Below, one piece after another: positions 30,303 through 40,681 of a DNA stretch of 64,000 nt; the stretch's first letter is position 1, and each line of letters starts with the position of its first letter. This DNA comes from Barthelona sp. PCE (taxonomy: Eukaryota), in assembly GCA_040285745.1 (NCBI GenBank), contig JAUFOR010000002.1:62001-126000 (forward strand), read 5' to 3'. The notes beneath the pieces were generated by a model. The model did not search any database. It saw only the letters and a program-made list of their open reading frames with translations, and was not told the DNA's origin. The translations under genes and the position numbers were made by a program.

Positions 30303-31196
30303 TTATCCTTTTTTCTTTAAAAGATTGATGGGATCGTTTCTCCTGCACAAGTTATTCTTTGCTGATGTTGGAAGCGCTGAAAAACAACGTGCATATAATG
30401 AATCGATACCTACAATACCTGGATCGTTCATCCCTTCCAATAATCGGGAAATATATACAGTTTCGTCATTAACAATGTCCACGTTAATGTTCTGGACTTC
30501 TACAACACGGTCTACAGCCATACTGTCAATAAAACTGTCAAAGGCGTTCTTATCAATCGCATCTAAAAAAGATTTCTTGAGCTCTTTAATTCTTTTATAG
30601 TCAATTGCTACATATGACATTAGGGGCTCGATTTCGTCAAGTTCAAACAACGGGCTTGCCTCAGATAAGACAATAATGAAAATAGCATAGATGTGCTGCT
30701 CCAACAAAAAATCATCCTTGAGTAACTCCTTAATATTAACCTGCGAATGTAAGAACTCGTCAAACTCACCAATGAAGTCTGTGAGTTTGACAAACTGCAA
30801 GACATCTGCAAGGGTCTGCTCTATCTTGAGCAACCGAATCAGTTTGTTAAAAAAGACTTGATATTTCAATGATTTGACCGCCCTACGCCCACGTACTTTC
30901 ATCAATATGCTGTCAATCTTAACAATATAGCCTGAAAGGCGATGCGCAATATCAATACCAGCTATTTGTATTGTCTTTGCATCCGCCTGACTAGCTTTGC
31001 TCTTTAAATACTGTAGCGACTGACCTATGATCCTTAATTGTTCAGTATACACTGGAATAGGCTGTAATACTGAAACAAAATGAAAATTCTGATTTCTGCC
31101 AACTGCTTTACGACCGGTTTTCCTTCTCTCAGTTCTCTGTAATTTAAGGGGTATAAAATCAGTGGAAACACCCTCAATTTGCCCAGTTTCAATCAT
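30303..31196 (-). CDS. Hypothetical helical protein
   Basis: 297-aa ATG-initiated ORF filling the gap between its neighbours; no family recognised. Confidence 0.6.
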   Translation of the reverse strand: MIETGQIEGVSTDFIPLKLQRTERRKTGRKAVGRNQNFHFVSVLQPIPVYTEQLRIIGQSLQYLKSKASQADAKTIQIAGIDIAHRLSGYIVKIDSILMKVRGRRAVKSLKYQVFFNKLIRLLKIEQTLADVLQFVKLTDFIGEFDEFLHSQVNIKELLKDDFLLEQHIYAIFIIVLSEASPLFELDEIEPLMSYVAIDYKRIKELKKSFLDAIDKNAFDSFIDSMAVDRVVEVQNINVDIVNDETVYISRLLEGMNDPGIVGIDSLYARCFSALPTSAKNNLCRRNDPINLLKKKG

Positions 31197-31332
31197 TAGC
31201 TAATTGATGAAGGAGTAATGAACTACAACACATAAAATTTCTATTTACATAGCAAATCATTCATAAACCATTATTAACAAGGCAGAAAATTAATTCTCCT
31301 ATGGATTAACGAATAGTATAAGGAGAAAGAAT

Positions 31333-32015
31333 TTAGAATACCGCTGGGTATCCAAAAGGACTGGGATTGGTTGTTTGACGCATCTCAGTCTTCGGAGCGG
31401 CAGTTATTTTAGGGACAGGAATATTCAAAGGAACGTTCCTCAAACTTTCAAGCAATTCACGAAGATCGGAACATGATGATCCCTTACGGTACATCTTTAA
31501 TAGCGTTGCTTCAACATCTTCTTGCGAGTAGCCATGGCTACAAGCATCCGCAATAAGTCTGGCATCAAATTTAACATTATCAACAGTTTTGGTACCAGCT
31601 AATGGAGGGGTTGAAGACGGGGATGGAATTGTTGTCGTGTTTTGGCTCAAAGACGACTGCGGAATTGCTTGAAACTGAACATTGTTAGTGTTATATGCGC
31701 TATTAGCAAAATTTGAGACACCTTTGGAAAAACTACGGGCTTTATCGTTGAGAGAAGCTGCAAGGTTCTGATATCTAAAAGTTAGGCAAAAATAGAAAAA
31801 GTACAAGAAAAATAAAGATCAACACCATAGACAAGCATTGAATACAAATTCTCTTCTTGTGCGAAGATCACATACCCTGAAGCCATAGCACCCAGCATCA
31901 TCTTCTCTGGAGACTGTTTGGAAATGCGACTTTCCAATGAATTAAGTCGCAATTCAAGCGTTTCCAGCTTAGAAATTATTAGATCAAGCTTTTGGTCTGT
32001 TGTTAAACCCTTCAT
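31333..32015 (-). CDS. Two-exon gene (32015-31876 + 31774-31333, 193 aa): coiled coil + low-complexity linker + UBA-like/DUF1421-like domain
   Basis: Removing the 101-nt GT-AG intron joins two ORF-track fragments in frame (...AMASG|YQNLAAS...). Confidence 0.85.
31775..31875 (-). other. Spliceosomal intron, 101 nt, phase 2
   Basis: 5' GTATGT; T-rich tract; 3' end GCCTAACTTTTAG; removal restores the reading frame. Confidence 0.9.
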
Positions 32016-32424
32016 ACATAAAGGAAGACAAAAAACAAGGAAAAGGGAAGAATAAGGCGAAACACTTATTCTAATTCTTCTTAGAGCTCTGCAAGTACTT
32101 AGAGCAGCAGCCTATGAGACTGAAAGCCTGATATTCAACTATGTGACCCTGACAATTGCTTGAAGTTTTCTTTGAGCAAATCTTGATGATGTATCACTCT
32201 CTTGTTTTATTAATGAATCGTTGGGTGCTCATAATATAAATATTTCCACACCAGTACCTGACAGATCACCTTATTCCACAAAAAATACTATTTTATTTGT
32301 TAAAACGGTTTATAGTATATACACATGTTTTTAATGTCCTCTCAAGAGTTAAAAGTTGTATTGTACGACAATTGGCGGAAATAAAATTGTTAAAACCTTG
32401 TGATTTCATATCATACCTTATCAG

Positions 32425-34410
32425 ATGGGCAAAAAAGACAGAAGGAGATCTAAATCACCTAAGACGCCAAATCGCAAGAATAAGGACAACAGTGTCAACG
32501 TAAAAGATCTAATAGATCGGGAGAAGAACCTTATTTCAAAACCTATGGTATTTGAAGAAATACCAGCTGATAGACTCCGACTCAGCGTCGGTTATGAGGG
32601 AATGAACGCAGTTAACGAAAAGGTCAGTGATAAAAGTTATAAGAAGTCGAAGAATTCAGATAAAGGTATTCCTGAACCTGATTTTCACATCTTTGACCCC
32701 AAAAAAGTGACAAACTTCCAAAAATTCCGTGCTTATTACAAACCTTTTAGCGGACTTGATAACTATGCCAACAATTGTTATCTCAACTCTGCATTACAAT
32801 GCGCATTATACTCTCCAGCACTGTTAAACATGTTCCTAAGTCTTGAGACGACACGTTCTTTCTCTTGGTCAAGTGTAATGAATAAGTTCGCCAATACCGC
32901 AATCAGTGGACAAAATCTCGATATCAGAGCTATCCTACGCAACATCAAGGATCTAGGGCTACACCTAGGTGCACAAGACGACGCACATAAGTTCCTCGTA
33001 CAACTGCTAGACCGAATCCAAGTTGAGGCACTTGATCATAATGAGGAAAAGTTCAGTTCTGCGACACGAGCCACAACTGCACTGTACAGCCTGCTTTCCG
33101 GCTGGCTACGGTCCACAATTGAGTGCAAGCGTTGTGGTCACAAGTCGATCAAGTACGAGACGTTTTTAGATCTTACACTCCCCATTGTGGGACAGAAACG
33201 GACAAACTTTAAGGAATCAATCAACGAGTTCCTGAAGAAAGAAGAAGTCGAGGGATGGGAGTGTGAGAGCTGCAGAAAAGAGGTTGTTATTAACAAATAT
33301 TTCGAAGTTGCAAAATACCCTTCTTCAACACTTGTTTTTCATATATGCCGCTTCAAAACATCGTTCGACAGCAGAAGTATGAAGATGCGCACTAGAAAGC
33401 TGAACTCCCACTTCTCCTTTGACGAAGAACTGGTGCTGGATGGTGAGAAGTGGACTCTCACGGGTATCGTCGAGCATATGGGTCGCACAACTAATGGTGG
33501 CCATTATGTTGCGTACTGCCGCAGTGCAAACGGTGTGTGGTACTACATCGATGATGAAAGCGTCAGTCGCATCTCAAAGAAGGATGTATTCCGTGCCCAG
33601 GCATTCATGCTGTTCTACTCTCGGAATTATGGTGTGGACACATCGTGCCCTGTGCCCGAAGCGCAGGAAGATTTGAACGAGATCGCCTCTTCCGAATCAG
33701 AATCAGAATCACAAGATTTGGTTCAGGAAGAAATCGCCACGCAATACACAGAAGAGGAATATGATAGGCTGCTTAAGCTGTGCAGTGTCAAGTCTCTGGA
33801 CGTTGTGCAATGCGACATCCCGCCGGAAAACAGATGCCTAAGAGCAGTGTGGCGAACTGCTCGAGTTCTTAAGAAGTGTAGAGACACATTTATTCGTAAA
33901 GAGTTGAGCAAGATGGCAGCCCTAAAAGCGCTTGAGAACGAGGAGGAGGATGTGTCCACCATTGAACATGATGAAGAAAGTGAGTCAGAATCCGAAAACG
34001 AGAAGAATTTTGAAGATACTGCTGTCCACTACAAGGCGTCTTACGACGATGATGGCAGCCATGCAACCCAAGTATCTCGCGGTGTGAAGGATACATCACA
34101 GCTTGCAAAACGAAGACTCAAACATGCACACAGACAAAACCTGCGCCAATTCGGACAGTCCACTGATAAAAGTGTACGGAATCGCCGCGAAAAGCGCTCA
34201 GCGTACGACATGGAGTATGATACAGGTCGCGTCAAGAAGATCCGCGAGAAGAAGGAGATAGAAGAAATGGATCTGGCGAAGAAGTTCAACTCTGTCAAGA
34301 AAGGAGAACAGAAATACCAACGCAAGAGGAGGTCATCCGACAGACGATACAAAGGTAAACACAAGGGTGGGAAAAAACAAGGTTTCAATAAGAAGAAGCA
34401 GAGAAATTAA
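32425..34410 (+). CDS. Ubiquitin-specific protease, USP36/USP42-like (nucleolar type)
   Basis: GLDNYANNCYLNSALQC, QDDAHKFL and HMG....GGHYVAY; C-terminal YDMEYDTGRVKKIR and basic tail as in USP36. Confidence 0.9.
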   Translation: MGKKDRRRSKSPKTPNRKNKDNSVNVKDLIDREKNLISKPMVFEEIPADRLRLSVGYEGMNAVNEKVSDKSYKKSKNSDKGIPEPDFHIFDPKKVTNFQKFRAYYKPFSGLDNYANNCYLNSALQCALYSPALLNMFLSLETTRSFSWSSVMNKFANTAISGQNLDIRAILRNIKDLGLHLGAQDDAHKFLVQLLDRIQVEALDHNEEKFSSATRATTALYSLLSGWLRSTIECKRCGHKSIKYETFLDLTLPIVGQKRTNFKESINEFLKKEEVEGWECESCRKEVVINKYFEVAKYPSSTLVFHICRFKTSFDSRSMKMRTRKLNSHFSFDEELVLDGEKWTLTGIVEHMGRTTNGGHYVAYCRSANGVWYYIDDESVSRISKKDVFRAQAFMLFYSRNYGVDTSCPVPEAQEDLNEIASSESESESQDLVQEEIATQYTEEEYDRLLKLCSVKSLDVVQCDIPPENRCLRAVWRTARVLKKCRDTFIRKELSKMAALKALENEEEDVSTIEHDEESESESENEKNFEDTAVHYKASYDDDGSHATQVSRGVKDTSQLAKRRLKHAHRQNLRQFGQSTDKSVRNRREKRSAYDMEYDTGRVKKIREKKEIEEMDLAKKFNSVKKGEQKYQRKRRSSDRRYKGKHKGGKKQGFNKKKQRN

Positions 34411-34440
34411 GCTCTCAATCTAAAATAAACACATTGTCGT

Positions 34441-37400
34441 TTATTGTACAGTTTCCATTGTCTGGAGCTCGAGATCAATGTCATGCATTTCCTCCTGACG
34501 TTCATCAACCTCGGCTTCCAAAAATGCTCGCTCCAACTCCTCCTCTAGCTCTGCTTCGGCGGCCTGACGGATAGTGAGCGATTCAATGCGTTGCTTAGTG
34601 TATTCGGCTCTCTCCAACTCTTCATCCTGGATGCGACGGATCAAAGAATCACGCTCCTTCGAAGTGGATTCTTCCCTGTCCTGAGATGCCTTCAGACGTT
34701 CCTTGAGTACAGCAACCTTCTTTTGCGCCTCATCAGCGTTTGTTTTGTGTGTTATTGCTAGTTTACGACATAATGAAAGCTTGTGCTCACGTTCTTCCAA
34801 CTTCTCGCGCAGATTGGACAAACGGTCTATGTTTCCTTGATTCTGTTCGATCACACGGTTTAGCTTTATCCTCAACTCATCACATTCTTGTGCGTTAACT
34901 CCTGCACTGGTATTTAACAAAGTGAGAGACTCACTCAGTTCAGAAACCCGTTTGTTTGATCTGTCCAACTCGCCCTCGAGCATCTGGATACGAGTGTCTC
35001 GCTTTGCAACCTGCTTCTTTGAAGTGCTGCATGCGCTGTTGATCTTCAAAATAGCATCTCTTGCATCAGAAAGTGAATGCTGTAAGTGCTCAACAATGCT
35101 CATCGAATCGCTACATTCACTCGTCAATTTGCTATTCTTTGTGAGTAAATCGTCAATGCTGTACTCCTGTTGACTGTACAACACAAAGAATTCACTAAGT
35201 GCCTGTACAATATGACTTACATCTTGATACTCCATGTTAAAGGGTTCAAAATCGTGGTCAACTTCAATCATAGGCAGCATTTGCTCCTGTGCAGTGCTCA
35301 CCAGTATATCTTCAACTGTCATTTCATGATCATTACAGTATTTGTATATGTTGGTGACCATGTCGCGCAATATCGGTTCGGTAAGTGTGTCCACAAAGTT
35401 GACTTGGCGGACATGGTCGGCAGCATCGTTGCTCAACACAGGCTGCTCAAACGGAACATCCAATGCCTGCGCAATGTGTGAAAAAGCACCGCTGTAAATG
35501 GCGTTTTGATTTCGCTCTGCTTCGAGCTTCTCTACAAGTTCCTGCACCACGTACCATCTATACAAGCGATCTCTGAGAATGTAGCATGCAACAGCCATAT
35601 GTTTAGCGTAGTTGCCACGCTCGTTATCAATTCCATCATATAAACGAGTGACTTCCGCATCCAGCTTCTTGATTTCAGCAGCCATTTCTTCGTTCCTACC
35701 CCTTGTTTCGTGACTTTCGGACTGCAAATGTTCGAATTCTTTTTTGAAATCAACATACTTCTCCTTCCAGTTCTGGCGCTCTTGCCACAGTTCCTTAATG
35801 TAGTTGACCAAGCCCTCGGCTGAGTCCACCTCAATACCCTCGATTTCAAAAGCCTGAATGAATGAATCATGCACCAAACCCAATTCGCAAAGGTCTTCTT
35901 GAGTCGTGGTCAACTCCTTCTGCAACCCATCAATTTCTAACTGTTTAGCACGGCTTAGCTGCTCCTCTGCAGCAATATCGTCACCGAGCTCATCTCTCTC
36001 GAGCGTAACAGTCTGCAACAACTGTTTCTGCTCCTTGAACTTCGAAACCAAGGTTTTGTACTTATTCTCCAGTCCTTCAAAGGAGGCAACTGAACCATCG
36101 TATTCTCGGCGAAGGGTAGAATATTCCTGAATGATAGCAGCACTGGATTCATTAGATATAGTCATACAATCAGTCAGATATCGCAACGCTTCAACAGTCT
36201 CCTCAAGATCAATTCCATCAACGTCAGGGAGCGTGCTGAACGCTTGGATCGTCCATAGCGGGTGAATTGGACGTCCATCGTCATCAAAGCGCAATTCTTC
36301 ATTGTTTGTGTTCAATACGTGCTGGTGAATAGGATAACATGAGTTCCTGAGAAAATCAACAACCTGTGAGAGTACCTGTGCAACATTTTCACGCTCCCTC
36401 GCAGCAGTGCTGTCAAGTTTCTCAAGCTCCTGCTGCAATGAGAGCTTCTCAGCCACCGACTCCTCGAACAGGGCATTCAGCTCAGACTCACGTTCGCTTA
36501 TAACTGTAACTTGTTGCTTAAGGTCTCCAAACTCTTTGGTAAGAGCGTTTCGCTGACCAACTTCATGCTCTAACATCTCAAGCAGCTCGCGATTGCGTTC
36601 ACTGGTCTCCTCCTTCTGCCTCTGGGCGTCGCGTAGAAGCTCGTTACTAGCCTTAATATCGTTCATTTCAAGCAACTGTTTCGTCAGATACTCTTTCTTG
36701 CTCTTCTCCGATGTGTAGTCGTGTTCTAAAACTGTGTTGCGCTCTCTTAACTCCCTGTTCTGGGCAGTGAGCTCCTCTACAGCGCTCTCCATGTCAGCCA
36801 ATCGCTGCTGTTGAAGGATGATGGTCTCCCGAAGCTCAATAGATTCTCCTTGAAGCATCTCGCGATCACTTACGCGTTTCTCTGTCTCAACGTGCATGGT
36901 GCTGAGATCGTGGTAGTCCTGCTTAGATGCGTTCAACTGTGCGCTCAAATTGGCCAACTGTAGCTTGTACGCATTAACTTCGTCAGTTTGTCTCCTCACC
37001 ATATCCTCCTTGTCCTCGTCCATGCGCTGCAGCGTACGGGCCATCTGCTCCTTTTGGTCTGTAAGCATTGAGATCTTCGCCTGCATCTCAACAGTCAGAG
37101 CTGCCTGACTTGCATTCTTGCCGATTTTAACCTCGTTCATGTGATTCATCTCGAGTTTATGCATTGAAAGCGCCTCGTTCAAGTGCACGATCTCCTGCTC
37201 CAGATCAGCTATGAAGCTATTTTTGCGATGCAGGGCATTCTGCAATTGTTGAACCTGAGAGGAGTAGTGTCTCAGACGAGCAACGGTATCCTGATCTGCA
37301 AGGTTCTCCAGTGAGCGAGACAAATGCTTCGTGGATGATTCGCTTGATGAATGAGGAATGCGAATGGTACTCTTTCCAATTCTTGTAAAATTCAAGTCAG

Positions 37401-37599
37401 TTGGCGATAGAGGACCTGCATTACCTGTTGAGGCAAACAACTTTTGATAAGGTGTGTCAGATTGTGAAGAACGCACCTTGGATGGAGTTGTGCGCGTCTT
37501 GGTAAGGTTGTTTATGCTATCCATGATAGTTTTCTGTTCAACCGTGCTCCTTTCAATCTCCCTACGATACTCATCGATACTTTTCGTTGGAGTTTGCAT
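34441..37599 (-). CDS. Large coiled-coil protein
   Basis: 1052-aa ORF with a Ser/Thr-rich head and long E/K/Q/L heptads; no ATPase motifs seen. Confidence 0.8.
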   Translation of the reverse strand: MQTPTKSIDEYRREIERSTVEQKTIMDSINNLTKTRTTPSKVRSSQSDTPYQKLFASTGNAGPLSPTDLNFTRIGKSTIRIPHSSSESSTKHLSRSLENLADQDTVARLRHYSSQVQQLQNALHRKNSFIADLEQEIVHLNEALSMHKLEMNHMNEVKIGKNASQAALTVEMQAKISMLTDQKEQMARTLQRMDEDKEDMVRRQTDEVNAYKLQLANLSAQLNASKQDYHDLSTMHVETEKRVSDREMLQGESIELRETIILQQQRLADMESAVEELTAQNRELRERNTVLEHDYTSEKSKKEYLTKQLLEMNDIKASNELLRDAQRQKEETSERNRELLEMLEHEVGQRNALTKEFGDLKQQVTVISERESELNALFEESVAEKLSLQQELEKLDSTAARERENVAQVLSQVVDFLRNSCYPIHQHVLNTNNEELRFDDDGRPIHPLWTIQAFSTLPDVDGIDLEETVEALRYLTDCMTISNESSAAIIQEYSTLRREYDGSVASFEGLENKYKTLVSKFKEQKQLLQTVTLERDELGDDIAAEEQLSRAKQLEIDGLQKELTTTQEDLCELGLVHDSFIQAFEIEGIEVDSAEGLVNYIKELWQERQNWKEKYVDFKKEFEHLQSESHETRGRNEEMAAEIKKLDAEVTRLYDGIDNERGNYAKHMAVACYILRDRLYRWYVVQELVEKLEAERNQNAIYSGAFSHIAQALDVPFEQPVLSNDAADHVRQVNFVDTLTEPILRDMVTNIYKYCNDHEMTVEDILVSTAQEQMLPMIEVDHDFEPFNMEYQDVSHIVQALSEFFVLYSQQEYSIDDLLTKNSKLTSECSDSMSIVEHLQHSLSDARDAILKINSACSTSKKQVAKRDTRIQMLEGELDRSNKRVSELSESLTLLNTSAGVNAQECDELRIKLNRVIEQNQGNIDRLSNLREKLEEREHKLSLCRKLAITHKTNADEAQKKVAVLKERLKASQDREESTSKERDSLIRRIQDEELERAEYTKQRIESLTIRQAAEAELEEELERAFLEAEVDERQEEMHDIDLELQTMETVQ

Positions 37600-37917
37600 C
37601 CCAGAATAATAAATCGTTGTGAAAAGAAAAAGAAGTGAAAATACGCAGATATTTGAATTCCTATACGAGTAACGGTGTCATCATAGCGGTTTGATTAAAT
37701 TAAACAAGCATATTGTCGTAATTCTGATTCACAAAGTTGCCTGGAAAATCAATCCTGTTACATATTCTGTTGCTTGCAAAAAAAAAATCGCTTTTTCAGA
37801 TTATTATTAATATAAATAACCCGAATATTGACTTTTCCTACTTCAAAACTCACACAAAAACTTGTTTAAGACTTTTTTTCCTCATTCAACTTGCACCATT
37901 TTCACACATTTTTATCG

Positions 37918-38469
37918 ATGGGAAAAGAACAGAAAACTAACTTAAAGGAGGTAAAAAAGGATCACAGTTTTATTCTTGATGAGAAAAATATCAAAAAGTG
38001 TTTTAATGAAGTTTTTTCAGTATTCTTTGAAGAACAATGTCAGGAAAAGGGTTCCGGATACACTGTAGTCAACAAATATTCTAATGTAAGATTAGTTTTG
38101 GGTGTTATTGCAATTTTAATGGGACTTTTCTGCAAATGGTATCCTTTTCCGATACCTACAACCAAGGAAAAGCAAAGAATAGTATGCGTTATAGTTTATT
38201 TCTTGATAACAGGTGTTCTTGAATTCTGGATCCGCTTCAGAGAACATGATGCTTTTGCCTGCTTCAAAATTAATGGTAAGGAGATCCTACTCAGTGGCGG
38301 CGTCGAGCCATTATCAGCCAATTATACAATGGATGTGTATGTTGATGGCGTAAAAACTAGATTAAGCACAGAAATCACAAAATACGTAACTGTACAAGAC
38401 AAAATATTGGACGAGGCGCTAATTGTGTGGATAAATGAAGAGATTGGCAAGCTTATCAAACAAGAATAA
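37918..38469 (+). CDS. SPCS2: Signal peptidase complex subunit 2 (SPC25)-like
   Basis: About 183 aa with two TM segments (RLVLGVIAILMGLF; IVCVIVYFLITGVL) and SPC25-type layout; ATG at 37918. Confidence 0.8.
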   Translation: MGKEQKTNLKEVKKDHSFILDEKNIKKCFNEVFSVFFEEQCQEKGSGYTVVNKYSNVRLVLGVIAILMGLFCKWYPFPIPTTKEKQRIVCVIVYFLITGVLEFWIRFREHDAFACFKINGKEILLSGGVEPLSANYTMDVYVDGVKTRLSTEITKYVTVQDKILDEALIVWINEEIGKLIKQE

Positions 38470-38471
38470 AA

Positions 38472-40382
38472 CTAGTCGAGCTCGTACATGAAAAGAACAA
38501 CATTTCTTGCCTCACGTTGCACTGTTTTAAAGGGTATATCTTCAGTTACTAGGTCGTCGTTATATTCATACCATATATTACCGCGTTTCACGTAAGAAAT
38601 ATAATGCCCACCGTCGGCGAAACCGCTGTGGACAACAATACCTCGCAATGAATACACTGTTTTGATCTGAGCAGGAGTCGTACCCTCACCCAATACGTGA
38701 ACTGGCGGTGGTGACTGGCTGTGAATTGCAGTTCGCTGTCCGCCACTCGTAATGGGCTTGGTATCGTGCACGATTTTTGTCCTCTGCTTCTTTAAGAACG
38801 GTGACACTAGATGATCCTGGTGCTGTGTGAGCGATGCTGTGCGTTTGCGATGCTCATCAAAGTATCCATTGCTATTCACATTACCGTCTAAAGGAAAAGC
38901 GTTGGAGTTGAGATTTGAATGCTCGCTGTAATCAGTGTTAAATTGACTCACATATTTGCTGGATGTTAATCTTCCGAATCCCTTCTGGGCGTTTTTAACA
39001 ACCTTATCGGTCGGTGTGTGTTCAATCTGTGTGATGCGCCTTGTACCACCCCTTGTGCCGGTGATAGACATGTCTGAAACATCGGAAAACAAATCGTCAT
39101 ATGTAGGAGGTTGTCCAAGTATCTCTTCGGGTTCTAATTTTTTAGCCTCATCTATCTCCTGTTCTTCAGCCACAACGCTGTGAGTTGACTTTTCATGATC
39201 AATGCTAACATCTGAATCGAGCATATCAAACGCTGATGAGCCGTTTACCTTCTCTTTTGCTGGGGGGACCCAATCACGAATGAAATCATCAACGTTAGGA
39301 ATCAACGGCTCAACAGCACAACTGTCGTGTATGATAACACCTAGTCTCAGTTCTTCTTCAAACGCAATAGGGGTCGAGTTCTTCACACCAATGTTTCTGT
39401 TAACTGCAATGACCAAGTATTTTGACAGTTCCGATATGTGGTTGAAACGGTCACTTTGCTTCTCATTACATTTCTCACATGTGCTAGGAAGACTTTCTCT
39501 GAACCAGTTGTCGACAACAAACTCCCGGATGGACTGGCGCTTGTTCCCGAACAAAGTGAGCTGGAGGACGCTGCAACGGGACACGCTACTCGCCTTTTTT
39601 TGACGACAAAAGCGGCAAACTGTCTCTTGTTTATGCTCCATATTGAACAATTGGTTAATAGGAGAAAAAAATTGTTCACTCATTTCAAAAACAGACATGA
39701 GGAACTCCCCCGAATCATGTTGATAACCTAATTGTAGTCCAGAATTCCGAACTAGTATCTCGGCGCTCGGAACCCGTTCATACAACTTTCTCAGACCTTT
39801 GTTGTGTGGAAGAGCCACATGAGAACACATTCCCCCAAAGGTATCGATAAAGACGTTCATTTTCGGCAACCTCTCGTCGAAGAAAAGCTGTTGAACACCT
39901 TCAAGGGAACACAGTATCGACATAACACTATTCGCAAAACACGTATTGCCTACGTTATCAAACCCAGTGAGGACATCTCCGTTGAAGCGCCAGTCCCCGT
40001 TCATCCGACGGAGTGATCCAAATAACCTACTTAACAATCGAAAATATTCATGGATAGAAACTTTGAAGAGGAACTGAATGTTTTTGAATAATAGAATCAC
40101 TACTTGGTTCTTCCCTTCCTCGTATTCAATTGTTTGCTGCTGTTTAACACAGCAAAACTCTGAAAGTGGTTGGCTAATTTTTTGTCCCTCAATTTCAAAT
40201 ACAAGAACATAGTCATAGTTCATGTACACCGTAGCACTCTCAAACTTTTGACTTTCATCATTGTGTCCAATAACTGTCAATGAGTAAACTGTTACTTCCT
40301 TCCGCTTATTTTTACGACCCATTGTGTAGCATGGAGAATTGCCCATAACCGGTGAATATGCTGCACTGTATTGACCATGCAT
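38472..40382 (-). CDS. Ubiquitin-specific protease with a PH-like N-terminus (USP37-like layout)
   Basis: GFDNVGNTCFANSV, QHDSGEFL, CxxC pairs, large insert, then VVHSGFADGGHYISY...WYEYNDD; start may be the ATG at 40322. Confidence 0.88.
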   Translation of the reverse strand: MHGQYSAAYSPVMGNSPCYTMGRKNKRKEVTVYSLTVIGHNDESQKFESATVYMNYDYVLVFEIEGQKISQPLSEFCCVKQQQTIEYEEGKNQVVILLFKNIQFLFKVSIHEYFRLLSRLFGSLRRMNGDWRFNGDVLTGFDNVGNTCFANSVMSILCSLEGVQQLFFDERLPKMNVFIDTFGGMCSHVALPHNKGLRKLYERVPSAEILVRNSGLQLGYQHDSGEFLMSVFEMSEQFFSPINQLFNMEHKQETVCRFCRQKKASSVSRCSVLQLTLFGNKRQSIREFVVDNWFRESLPSTCEKCNEKQSDRFNHISELSKYLVIAVNRNIGVKNSTPIAFEEELRLGVIIHDSCAVEPLIPNVDDFIRDWVPPAKEKVNGSSAFDMLDSDVSIDHEKSTHSVVAEEQEIDEAKKLEPEEILGQPPTYDDLFSDVSDMSITGTRGGTRRITQIEHTPTDKVVKNAQKGFGRLTSSKYVSQFNTDYSEHSNLNSNAFPLDGNVNSNGYFDEHRKRTASLTQHQDHLVSPFLKKQRTKIVHDTKPITSGGQRTAIHSQSPPPVHVLGEGTTPAQIKTVYSLRGIVVHSGFADGGHYISYVKRGNIWYEYNDDLVTEDIPFKTVQREARNVVLFMYELD

Positions 40383-40681
40383 GCTTATTGATTCTGGTCT
40401 CAAAAGAGAAGGTTACAATTTGCAAAACATGTTTTGCTGACTTAATTATCATTGAAATAGTGGTGAGGTGGCGGTTTGTGCTTGATTTTTACAAAGAAGA
40501 TCTTCAAAAATGCTGTTAAACGTTGCATTAAAAAAAAAAAGCTACTGTTTGCATTGATACTCTTTATTTCATTAAAATGTGGATTAGATCTCCCTAAAGG
40601 ACAAATCTCTCCTTTGATGTTTCATGAAACATCAACAAAAAAAGAAATCAACTAAAATCTATTAACACTGCTGGAAACTTC

